Assembly: GCF_001194135.2 (NCBI RefSeq)
Contig: NC_068990.1
Coordinates: 86,013,691-86,073,839, forward strand
Source: Octopus bimaculoides
Lineage: Eukaryota
DNA: 60,149 nucleotides
Reading direction: 5' to 3'
Part shown: positions 49,101-60,149 of the stretch, piece after piece
Layout: each line of letters begins with the position of its first letter
How positions within the stretch are numbered: the stretch's first letter is position 1
Translations under genes and position numbers: made by a program
The notes under the pieces: model-generated
The model's database searches: none
Told to the model about the DNA's origin: nothing
The model's input: only the letters and a program-made list of their open reading frames with translations

Positions 49101-50106
49101 AATTACATAGGTATATGTAATAATAATAACAACAACATTGATAATAATAAATAATTAGCATTTTCATTTGTGTCTTATTTTTCTTTTCCATTAATTCTCT
49201 TTCCTTTTCTCTCACCCCCACCCCTTAATCTTTCCCCTCTCTCTTCTCCCCCACTCGGTCATTTAGTTCTTAAATATAATATGACTAACTTATGCATTTT
49301 GAGTATGTCTCAAAATGAGATATGTCTTAATGTCGACAGTTTTTTTTGAGATGAACATCAACTTTTGAGCAAACCTATGAATGAAGTTATTCCCACCACG
49401 ACCATCCTGTCTCCTGCTCATCTACAGTACAGTGAACTTAGGACTGAATCATTCAAATTTTCAACCCCCCCCCCCCCTCCACCAAAAAAGCCGGTGTGAT
49501 TTGGAGATTTGGCTGCTAGTTCTAGCTGGTCAAGTGACTGCATAGAGACTCCTGCGGTAGCTCATTTATGCATATGAGCGTGAAAATATACAGACACAGG
49601 TGTGTATGTGTATATGTATATGTATGTCCCACCCATGCCAGCATGGAGGGCAGGTGTTAAATGATAATATACACACACACACACGTGTGTATGTCATCGT
49701 ATGGGTGTGCTTTCAGGTAGATACACCTGTAAATAATAGCATTTAATATACTGAGTTAGAATCTTTTGGCTAGAAAAAGAGGCTGAATGTTGCCTGTGGA
49801 ACACTAACCTCCATTCACAAGATGCAGGTTCAGTTCCCGAGACGGTCTTTTTATCCAAGGGATTCTTTTTAACCCAATATAGTAAATGCTGTTATTTATG
49901 TCAATCAAAGGTGGCAGGCTGACAGAATTGTGAACGCACCACACAAAATGCCTCGGAGCATTTTGTTGTTTTTTGCATTCTGAGCCCAAATTCTGCTGAC
50001 GTCAGTTTTGCCTTTCAGGCTTGGGCAAGTGTCTTTTACTATAGCCTTGGGCTGGACAAGGCCTTGTGAGTAGATGTGGTAGATGGAAACTGAAAGAAGC
50101 CCGTCG

Positions 50107-50139
<33 letters not shown>

Positions 50140-52016
50140 TTGTGTAACTGTCTGTACCCCCACCATTGTTTGACAGCTGATGTTGGCGTATTTATGTTCC
50201 TATAACTTAGCGGTTCGGCAAAAGAGACCAGTAGTATAAGTACTAGGCTTACAAAGAATAAGCTCTGTGGTCGATTTGTTCAACTAAAGGTGGTACTCCA
50301 GCATGGCCACAGTCAAATGACTGAAACAAGTAAAAGAGACCAAAAGCCATGAATAGTCATAGTCGCATGGCTGGCTGCAGATAATACATATATATACACC
50401 GACACATGTACATACAACTTAATAGCTATGTACCTCTGTATGCATACATATTTAGTAGAAGGTATTGATGTGTGTGTTTATATGTAATCATGGACTTGTG
50501 TAGTGATTGGTACATGTATATTTTTGTGTAAGTGTATGTATATATATATATAGAGGGAGAGAGATTTATGTGTGGTTTGTATAAATATATATATATATCT
50601 ATGAATGTATGATTGTCAATTTGTTCACCTGCCAGTTTGCAGAAGTAAATAAAGATTTTATTTTAAATTGTTGAAAAGTTTTGTTAAACAAACTCTGTGT
50701 GTGTGTGTTTGTTAGTTTATTCTTTGTATGTCTTCCATCATTGATCTATATACATCTCTTCTTTTGCACACATGACCTAAATATCTGTTCTATTATACAC
50801 TCACAAAGTAAATATACGTGTCCTATGTCTTTTGTGGTGTCATCATCATCATCATTTTGATGTTCACTTTCCCACATTTTTATGAGTCACACAGAGTTTA
50901 CTGAGGCAGATTTTCTACAGCTGGATGCCCTGCCTGTCACCAACCTTCACCTGCTTCCAAGCAAAGTGATATTTCCCCATGGCCAGACATGTTCCTGCAG
51001 GACATTGGAAATGAATGAATGCCACTACTTTTACTCAATTACAACTATCACGTGACATCAGACAAGGAGCCACAAACACCCCCCCCCCCCCCCACTCACT
51101 CACACATCTCCACACACCACACAATGGCCTTCTCTTGTAGTTCCCATCAACCAAATCTACTTACAAGACTTTGGTCGGTCCAGGGCTACAATAGAGCAAA
51201 CTTGCCCCAAGATGTCACACAGTGGAACTGAATCCAGAACTACATGATTGGGAGACAAACTTCTTAACTACACAGCCATCTGTGCCCCACCTCCTGTATA
51301 CACACATACATACAAACATACATATATGTGTATGTTTAATGCTTCCTATTGTGCATGTATCTCTGTCTGCCTATATACCCCTTTTATGTGTCGTCTGCAT
51401 ATTTCATTCCCCATAATTACTTTATCAGGCTGTCAGTCAAACTTGTAATCTTGTTCATAATCATTAATCCTTGTTGCCTTAACCATTTCCTCTTTCTTAC
51501 ATAACAAAATCCTTAAACATGTCCAACAGGTGAACCACAACAACCATCACCAAAACACCCGTAACCCACTCACCTACCAACTCTTCTGTTACATTAATTC
51601 CACGACAACTTTCATTGCAGTAACATGATAACACTGTGAAAGTTGTCTGTTTGACATTTCCATCATAGAAAAACAAACAATCTACTTGGAATGTAAATGT
51701 CTCTTCTAACAAGATTTCTTCCAACATACAGTTCCTCTTTGTCTTTTCCTCCCCTTCATCATTCCTCTAGACTTAACTGAATAGAAAGAGAGAGAGGTGG
51801 GGGGAGAGAAATTTTGAGAACATACTCTCAAGGTACAAGGTAAGAAAGAAAATAAGGACAGAGGAAGAGAAAGGACGAGTCGGTAAGTTCATGAGTGCGT
51901 GATGAGCTTCTTTCAGTTTCCATTTACTAAATCATCTCACAAGGCTTTGGTCAGTCCAGAGCTATAATGAAAGACATTTGCCCCATGGTGCCACACAATA
52001 GGACCTGACTCCTTGT

Positions 52017-52340
52017 AGGTGCATGGCTCAGTGGTTAGAGTGTCAGACTCACAATCATGAGGTAGTGAGTTCAATTCTTGGACCGGTCTGGGTGTTGTGT
52101 TCTTGAGCAAGACACTTTATTTCATGTTGATCCAGCTCAGTCAGCTATAGAAATGAGTTGCAGCATCACTGGTGCCAAGCTGTATCGGCCCCTTTGCCTT
52201 TCCCTTGGATAACACTGGTGGCATGGAGAGGGGAGGCTGGTATGCATGACCGGTTGCTGGTCTTCTATAAACAACCTTATTAGGACTTGTGCCTTGGAGG
52301 GTAACTTTCTAGGTGCAAACCCATGGTCATTCAAGACAGA
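52017..52340 (+). mobile_element. tRNA-derived SINE, family C
   Basis: Matches the 39701 copy; ends at an N-gap. Confidence 0.75.
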
Positions 52341-54373
52341 NNNNNNNNNNNNNNNNNNNNNNNNNNNNNNNNNNNNNNNNNNNNNNNNNNNNNNNNNNNN
52401 NNNNNNNNNNNNNNNNNNNNNNNNNNNNNNNNNNNNNNNNNNNNNNNNNNNNNNNNNNNNNNNNNNNNNNNNNNNNNNNNNNNNNNNNNNNNNNNNNNNN
52501 NNNNNNNNNNNNNNNNNNNNNNNNNNNNNNNNNNNNNNNNNNNNNNNNNNNNNNNNNNNNNNNNNNNNNNNNNNNNNNNNNNNNNNNNNNNNNNNNNNNN
52601 NNNNNNNNNNNNNNNNNNNNNNNNNNNNNNNNNNNNNNNNNNNNNNNNNNNNNNNNNNNNNNNNNNNNNNNNNNNNNNNNNNNNNNNNNNNNNNNNNNNN
52701 NNNNNNNNNNNNNNNNNNNNNNNNNNNNNNNNNNNNNNNNNNNNNNNNNNNNNNNNNNNNNNNNNNNNNNNNNNNNNNNNNNNNNNNNNNNNNNNCGTGC
52801 CACCAGCACAAGTGCCAGTAAGGCGACGCTGGTAACGATCACGCTCAAATGGTGCTATTTACGGGCCGCTAGCACGGAAGCCAGACAGCTGCTCTGGCAA
52901 TGAACACGCTCGGACAGTGCCGTTAGTGCTCCACTGGCGCAGGTGCCAGTCATCGAGTATGGTTCAATTACGATTTCACTTGCCCCAACATGTCTTCGCA
53001 AGTAGAGTTTAGTGTCCAATGAAGGAGAGGTTGGCATGAATGCCAGTGGTCGGATGTGGTTCGATTTCGATTTCAGATTTCAAATTTCATGTGTGTCTGT
53101 TTGAGTGGTTACATTCAGTCCTTGCAAGAAAATATTGCTGAGCTACAAAGAGTGATCTTCGTTGACCATTTCCTGTCAACAAATCATGAAACATGTTTTA
53201 GCTTTGAAGTATCAAAGATGTGTGGAATGAAGAGAAAAAAATCTGCTAGCAAGCAAAGCTTAACAGAAAACAGACGAAGAAGCACATCCAGCTTAATAAA
53301 ACATGTCAAAAACATGAATTTTGTTTCCATTGTACGAACCACTGAACTGTGGATCAGAGTATTAAAGTCAAACCTGAAGTCAGCAAAAATAATAGGAATA
53401 TTACTGTAGAGCTTGTTGACAAAACAAACAGATTAGCCATAATAAGATTTGTATTTATAGTTATTGTATTATTTGATGTTGTATCGATGTGACCAGCCAT
53501 GCAATGTTATAATCCCGCAGATTATCTATCTTCAGCACGGAGAAACTTTTAAATGTCGGAATTAATTACTGGGTTTTATTCTTTTATCATTTTACTTGTT
53601 TTAGTTATTGGATGGCTACCAAACTGGGGCACCACCTTGAAGAGTAAAAGCAATCAAAGTGACCCTAGTACTGAGGGGCAGAGGGAGAGAGAGAAAGAGG
53701 TGGGGAGGGAGAGAGAGAGAGAGAGAGACATTAGGGTGCTACACAAAACATATGCGTTATTTAGCTATGGCCCTTTATACTTGGAGTTCAAATACCGCCA
53801 TGAAGTAAGCTTTGCTTTTCATTCTTTTGGGGTAAATAAAATATAAACGTCAGTCATACAGCTGAGTTGATTTAATTTTCTTATAACACAATCTATACAA
53901 CCAGGGCCGGCTCAAGGGACCGGCAACAAGGGACCAGCAGAAGCACTGTCCCAGGTATATGAGTTGTATTCCAATAGGGACCGTACTTCAGTTTCATAGA
54001 ATATTAGTAACTGATCAAGGCTAAAATATTTTCTGGCCTTAATACATATTACTTTCGCCATGTGGTGAGAGGAATTCATTGGGGTTTGGATAATTCACCT
54101 CTGGAAACATCATTTGTTCATCATCCTTAACCAACCTTTATTCAGGGACCTTTTGAACAGGATGGGCTACTCGACCTGAAGAAAATTCTAACTAGACCCC
54201 ATCTGCAAGGTCATGCACTGTTTATCTTAATATGAAATCACTATGTTGCACACACATGATTGTGATACATGTGCCTGGCGTACCCTTATCAGACGGGTAG
54301 TCATGATGGGTATATTGGGCTTCGTATATTTTACCCCAGTGTCACTTTGATGGCATGCACTGCTCTCTCACTC

Positions 54374-54404
<31 letters not shown>

Positions 54405-54549
54405 TTTCCCGTCGAAGACTACGTATGAGTGTTCCAGTTTTGCTGAACAACGTGCACAAATAATTTGTTTATAGGGATCAAATGGTCGTGGCGCACATTA
54501 GCTCACTTTCTCCATCAGATCAACGTTTTGAACTGGTGCACTGGGGCTA

Positions 54550-54756
54550 AAACATAGAGGGGACAAACAAGGACAGACAAAGGGATTAGGTCGATTACAT
54601 CGACCCCAGTGCGTAACTGGTACTTAATTTATCGACCCCGAAAGGATGAAAGGCAAAGTTGACCTCGGCGGAATTTGAACTCAGAACGTAACGGCAGACG
54701 AAATACCGGTAAGCATTTCGCCCGGCGTGCTAACGTTTCTGCCAGCTCTCCGCCTT
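54550..54756 (-). mobile_element. tRNA-derived SINE, family A
   Basis: Reverse complement of the 31870 copy. Confidence 0.75.
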
Positions 54757-54786
54757 CTGTACCATTTCTGTAACAACCAACACTTC

Positions 54787-55421
54787 GTCGAGGTAACAAT
54801 CAAAAGAGGTATCTTCCAGGGTGATTCTTGTTCACCTTTGTTATATTTGCTATAGCTTCGATCCCATTTTCTGTAGTTCTACGCAAAGTCAACGTGCATT
54901 ATGAGATGAGAAAGAATGGACCTCGTCTCAACCATCTTCTTTTCATAGATGATTTAAAACTCTTCAGAAAAACTGAGCCTGGAATGAAGAGGCTGGTTGA
55001 GACTGTGCAAATGTGCAGCAAGGATACAAGGATGGCATTCGGTATCTCAAAGTGTGTGGTGCTCACTTTGAAACGGGGGGAAAGAGCAGATTGTAGGGGC
55101 ATAGAATTGCCAAACGGAGAGCGAATGGAAGACTCGGATGATGATAGATACAAGTACCTTGGGATTCAGGAGTTCGACAATATCTCACCTAGATAATGAA
55201 AGACAAGGTCACTACTGCATATTTGAAGCGCCTCAAACTTCTCTTGAAGTCAAAACTCAACGCAAGGAACCTTATGACTGCTATCAACATATGGACTGCT
55301 GCTGTAATCCGCTACAGTGCATCACATCTCAAATGGACACAAGCGGAGATTAACCAACTCGATCGCACTACCTGAAAGACAATAACAATGCATAGTACCC
55401 TCCGTCTTAAGGCGAACGTAT
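54787..55421 (+). mobile_element. Degraded non-LTR retrotransposon RT fragment, R4/Dong-like
   Basis: Across frameshifts: KRGIFQGDSCSPL…NHLLFIDDLKLF…YKYLGIQE…YLKRLKLLLKSKLNARNLMTAINIW…IRYS…KWT…LDR. Confidence 0.85.
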
Positions 55422-56456
55422 AAGGTAATCACTCGCCATATCGCGGTTCACCTATCGCGTCCTCAGTACATCGCAGATTTTTCTGGTTAATATATGCAAA
55501 TTTATATCGCAGACTCCTCGGTACATCGCGGGTTTCTGCGGCCGATAGGCATTTCTAGTGTAACAATAAATTGTACACATGTCATGCGACATGATAGCTT
55601 TGACTTGCACGGTTGCTCCCACAACCATGTCGCGCACATATGGTTGTGATGCATGTGCCTGGTGTACCCTTATCAGGCAGGTAGTCATGATGGGTACATT
55701 GGGCTACATATATTTGTACCCCAGTGTCACTTTGATGGCATGCTCTGCTCTCTTACTCTATAAAAATCCTTTCTACTATGGGTACAAGGCCTGAAATTTT
55801 GGGGAAAGGAACAAGTTGATTACATCGACCCCAGCATTTCACTGGTACTTCATTTATTGGTCCCGAAAAGATAAAAGGAAAAAATCGACTCCGGTGGCAT
55901 TTGAACTCAGAACGTGAAATCGGACGAAATAGCTATATGTATTTTGCCCGTCGTGCTAACAATTCTGCAATAATAATAATAAGCATAGCAACAACAATAA
56001 AAGAACAATGAAGAAATAATAGATCAGAGGGGATTTATTACTATCATAGTATAATACCAATCTTTTTTTAATATAGGCACAATGCTTGAAAGTTTGGAGG
56101 AGGGGCGAGTTGCTTTTATTGAATACTTGTCTGATACTTATTTTATAGACCCCGAAAGGATGAAAGGCAAAATCGACCTCGACGGGAACTGAACCTAGAA
56201 CGTAAAAGCAGACGGAATACTGCTAATCACTTTGTCCGGCGTGCTGACGATTCTGCCAGCTTGCCAATAATAGAATCTATGTAGGGGTTTAAATGTTCCC
56301 GTTCGTTCGCAATAAATAAATGAATGAATCTCTAAGGGAAGTAACTCGCTGTAAACCACTAGAATTATCTTTCCTTTGTTTTTACTCCCACACTGTCAGT
56401 TTAGTTCCTGCCTAGCGTATGGAACACCAGAGCAAGTGATTGTTTTGGTTTTAACG

Positions 56457-56908
56457 ATGTTTTACTTGTTCTACCTTTCGTTACTGCTGTACACTAGCGT
56501 AATATTTGCACAGGTAGAACAACAACCAACAGCAGATGCAGAGGCAAAAGTAGAAAAAGATCTCACAAAAGAGCCGGGACATCTGAAGAAATTTGGAAGT
56601 GGAAGACCCACCTATCTTATTGATGAAATTGAAGGTTTTCCGGATGCTGAAACATTCTTCTCTAAGTACGTATTTGGCTCACGTCCTCTGAAAATGAAAG
56701 GAGCCGCCCAATTGTTTCCTGCTTATCATTTGTGGACAGATAAATATTTCATGTCTCTGGACATCGACCCAAATTCCACGGTTTTGGTGGAGGAACACAA
56801 AAAAGAGAACCGCACTCTACCGGTGAAATGGATGCATTTTCAGAAGTTTGTACAGATCTATAACGACTCGAATATATATATGGTTCAAGATGTCCCGCCT
56901 TATCTCAA
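56457..56908 (+). CDS. Exon 1 of a signal-peptide JmjC/cupin (Cupin_8-like) 2OG-Fe(II) oxygenase
   Basis: ATG followed by hydrophobic MFYLFYLSLLLYTSVIFA; F..KYV…RPLKMKGAA…AYHLWTDKYF is typical of the N-terminal region of JmjC-only hydroxylases; donor AA|GTAAGT. Confidence 0.85.
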
Positions 56909-57679
56909 GTAAGTGTGAATAACAGATTTCTTTAGCTATTCATTGAATCTTCACACGCAGCACACATGCTTCTGTTTTGTTATTATTTATTGTTGTTGTT
57001 TAGACCCCCGCCTAGACTTGATCAAGGAAGTTCATGTTCAAAAACATTCCAGCTGTAACAATCACGTCTTTATTATGTATCTTCCAGACATAGTATATCT
57101 AAGACTTCATTACACTGTGCTTTGCCATTTTTTGTTAAGACGGTAGATTGTGGTGTAGAGGAGACTTGGCTGCTATTTCTGAAAGCCCAAGCGACTACGT
57201 GGAGATTCTCATTTTTGTTATAAAGTATAAGAAACTAGCAGAGTGGATCAAGCTGTCGATGGTCGAAAGAAATGTCTTCCTCTTTATAGTTTCCCATTCT
57301 ACGTTTCGTATTCCATCAAAGCTTGAAGAAGGTTACCTTTTAACCAAGTTAGGGTTCCCTGCAGATAAGTACCAGTCATTAATTGGTATCAGGTCAATCG
57401 ACTGTACTTCAGCGCGTATCTAATAAACGGGCCGGAGAAAGAAATCAATCTTAATTTACTTCTATTGAATGTAAAGTGCTATTATTCCTTGTGTTTCAGC
57501 GTTAGAATATCAGACAAAAGTGTCTTGTTGTATATCTTTCTGCTCTTCGCCTCCTGAGTTCAAATCGCTCCAAAGCCAACGTTTCCTTTCTTCTCTTCTG
57601 GGTCCATAGAATAACGTAACAGTCAAGTACTGGGGTCGAATTGGCGCAACTCTTTAACTTCCTGATTATTCTGTCAAAT

Positions 57680-57872
57680 CTAATACTTATTTACTGACAT
57701 TCTTTTGAATTAATCATGCCTTATCTTTTGGCTTCAGAATATCAGTGCTGTGTCTGTTTACTTTTAGTATGCCATTGTAGGATAGGTGTAAGAGACCGGA
57801 TTTGGCCAGTTTGAGCAATAAACAGGTAGAATATTTTGGCTGGATATTGCTGATTTAAATGCTAAAGGGCTA
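57680..57872. mobile_element. Degenerate TTAA MITE, family 1
   Basis: TTTTGAATTAATCATG body and AAATGCTAAAGGG right end. Confidence 0.5.
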
Positions 57873-58311
57873 AGGAATGCAAAATCCTTATTAAAAGGAA
57901 GAACAACCCTTAACACTCCTGAAGACATTACTCTTTTACTTGTTTCAGTCATTTGACTGTGGCCATGCTGGAGCACTGCCTTTAGTCGAGCAAATTGACC
58001 CCAGGACTTATTCTTTGTAAGCCTAGTACTCGTTTGTGAGGATGTACAGCATCGGTTGCCAAGTGATGTTGGGGGGACAGTTGTGTCAAGTACTGGCATC
58101 AATGTAATCGACTATCCCCCCCCCAACCCCAATTTCAGGCCTTGTGCCTGTAGTAGAAAGGATTATTATTGTTATTATTATTATTATTTATTCTGCTGAG
58201 GTTGACTTTGCCTTTCATCCTTTCGGGGTCGATAAATTAAGTACCATTGAAACACTGGGGTCAATGTAATTGACTAGTCCCCTCCTAGGCCTTGTGCCTT
58301 CAGCAGAAAGG

Positions 58312-58349
<38 letters not shown>

Positions 58350-58556
58350 GGCAGTGAGTTGGCAGAGTCGTTAGCATGCCAGGCAAAATGCTTTGCAGCA
58401 TTTTGTCTGTCTTTGAGTTCAAATTCTGCTGAGGTCAACTTTACCTTTCATCCTTTTGGGGTCGATAAAATAAAGTACCAGTCGAGCATGGGAACTGATG
58501 AAATCGACTTGCCCCACTCCTAAAGAACTGCTGGCGTAGTGCCAAAATTTGAAACC
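58350..58556 (+). mobile_element. tRNA-derived SINE, family A
   Basis: Matches family A; a partial copy lies just upstream at about 58190-58300. Confidence 0.65.
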
Positions 58557-58559
58557 ATT

Positions 58560-58561
58560 AC

Positions 58562-58595
<34 letters not shown>

Positions 58596-58637
58596 CTTCT
58601 TCTTCTTCTTCTTCTTCTTCTTCTTCTTCTTCTTCTT

Positions 58638-58727
<90 letters not shown>

Positions 58728-58745
58728 TGTCGTAGTAGTAGTAGT
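58560..58745. repeat. Compound microsatellite (GTT)n(CTT)n(ATT)n
   Basis: Seen directly. Confidence 0.92.
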
Positions 58746-58803
58746 CTTTTGACATCATTTTATTGCAATCTGAAGATTTCCCAAATTCATTTTCCTCTTT
58801 TAG

Positions 58804-58870
58804 ACAAGATGTGATTCTTCCTTGTTGTATTCAGTGTCCTGAATTATTTGAAGAAGGGTTTGCAACCACC
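58804..58870 (+). CDS. JmjC gene exon 2 (QDVILPCCIQCPELFEEGFATT)
   Basis: TTTTAG acceptor, GTAAGT donor, phase 2/0 matches the neighbours. Confidence 0.85.
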
Positions 58871-59192
58871 GTAAGTATTTACACCTCGTGGCCCTCTTTC
58901 CCTTGCTCTCTCTCTCTCTCTCTCTCTGTAACTTTGTCTGCCTTTCTTACTCTCTCTCTCTCTCTCTCTGTTTTATATTCAAAAGGACCAGATCTGGCCT
59001 CTCACATCTACCTTACAATTCATTTCTCAAAATAAGCAATCACACCATCAAAATCTCAAAGCTATGAGATAACGCATGATTAAATCAAAACAATGTGAAT
59101 AAATAAGCTTTGTATTTGACGGAGGAATTTGAATGCTGAAGGATTAAAGAATTTCATGATTGTATTAAGAACATCTCTATTCTTTTGTACAG

Positions 59193-59315
59193 GTTATGTG
59201 GTTCAGTAGTGGAGGAACGAAGTCGGTCATCCACACAGACAATCTGGACAATATTAACTGCTTGTTTCGTGGAGATAAAGAAATAGTCTTTGTTGACCCC
59301 AAGTATCAGGATAAG
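59193..59315 (+). CDS. JmjC gene exon 3 (VMWFSSGGTKSVIHTDNLDNINCLFRGDKEIVFVDPKYQDK)
   Basis: W-x-x-x-GGT-x-S-x-x-H-x-D carries the HxD Fe(II) ligands; GTACAG acceptor, GTGAGA donor. The gene continues beyond the window. Confidence 0.92.
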
Positions 59316-59510
59316 GTGAGAACAAACTAATACAGAGCTTGATTAGCAATGACCAAGGTGTGTCACAACACACTCTGGTCTTTATGTGTTGCTCTTGTCT
59401 TGGTTCCACTCGCATTCACCCTTTTATGGTGTAATGCTGCTAGTCATTCTGTAGAGTTTCCAAGCTGATGTGTTTAATGTCTGAAGTTAGGGTGACAGCT
59501 CCTACCATAT

Positions 59511-59633
59511 ACGGGTAAGAGGTCTGGGTACATGGAGTAAATAAAATCGTAACATAAACAATTGAATATAAGAAATGATAATTTCTTAAAGTATGTGTTA
59601 ATCCCCACGTACCCAGACTTTGTGGACACACTG
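59511..59633. mobile_element. Shorter copy of the 35685 Tc1/mariner-type MITE
   Basis: GTCTGGGTACATGGAG … GTACCCAGACTTTGTGGACACACTG-TA. Confidence 0.7.
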
Positions 59634-60149
59634 TATATATTAGCAACAGAGACAGTATTAATGTCAAGAAGTAATATTTATACCTAATTAATTCCTATTA
59701 GAACAAACTTTACTGTGGTAGACATCATGAGAGAAACTCTCATTTTGGATTTTGGTGCAGAATGCATGCTTGTTTGTTTATTCCACCAGCAGTGAGATAA
59801 TTCCCCACCAACTCCAGCGCTGAGACCAACAGATCATGTAATTTCAATCTTCTTTGATCTCATCAGTGAAGTTTGTTCTAACAGAAAATCCATATTTAAG
59901 TGGGAATAAATATTACCTGTTGATAGTAATACCTCCTTTGCTCCTAGTATATATCTTTTAAACAAGCTACCTGGATAATTGCTACACCAGTGCCTGTTCA
60001 GTCACAGGACTTTCTATATGTCACTAGTGTGGCAGTGAGTCGCTGCTATCACATATATACATGTATTCATCCGTCAAACCGTCCAACCCATGCCAGCATG
60101 GAAAACAGACATTAAATGATAATTATGATGATATATATATATATATATA

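Noticed and set aside
44978-50660. Exact afadin poly(A) site (AATAAA at ~45025, ~45400, ~45500, ~50648)
   Set aside because: Several candidates in AT-rich DNA; cannot be chosen without transcript data.

Overview
AT-rich, intron- and SINE-rich animal DNA; the repeat content looks like Octopus (recalled from experience, not searched). The + strand carries the 3' ~80% of an afadin/AF-6/canoe orthologue. I traced 19 GT-AG exons with matching phases from 6968 to the stop at 44977 (FHA, DIL and PDZ domains, a very long Pro/Gln-rich region, coiled coil, conserved C-terminal motif). The RA domains are not visible in the window. A second + strand gene starts at ~56457: a JmjC/cupin 2-oxoglutarate oxygenase with a signal peptide, three exons visible, running off the window. 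The introns hold several SINE families, TA- and TTAA-flanked MITEs, a 5S rRNA-derived relic, an R4/Dong-like RT fragment and many simple repeats. The most striking observation is in the 9-kb intron that splits the afadin PDZ domain. An old ~3.3-3.5 kb tandem duplication carries two near-identical, frame-preserving 30-nt candidate microexons (ITIVDSHGRT and ITIVDSHGRA). Each is preceded by an array of TGTTAAC/YTAAY motifs and followed by conserved intron containing TGCATG. All exon coordinates were counted by hand; repeat boundaries are approximate. N-gaps lie at about 6599-6967, 10688-10751, 13966-14016, 34389-34414, 39462-39471, 41404-41472 and 52341-52795.
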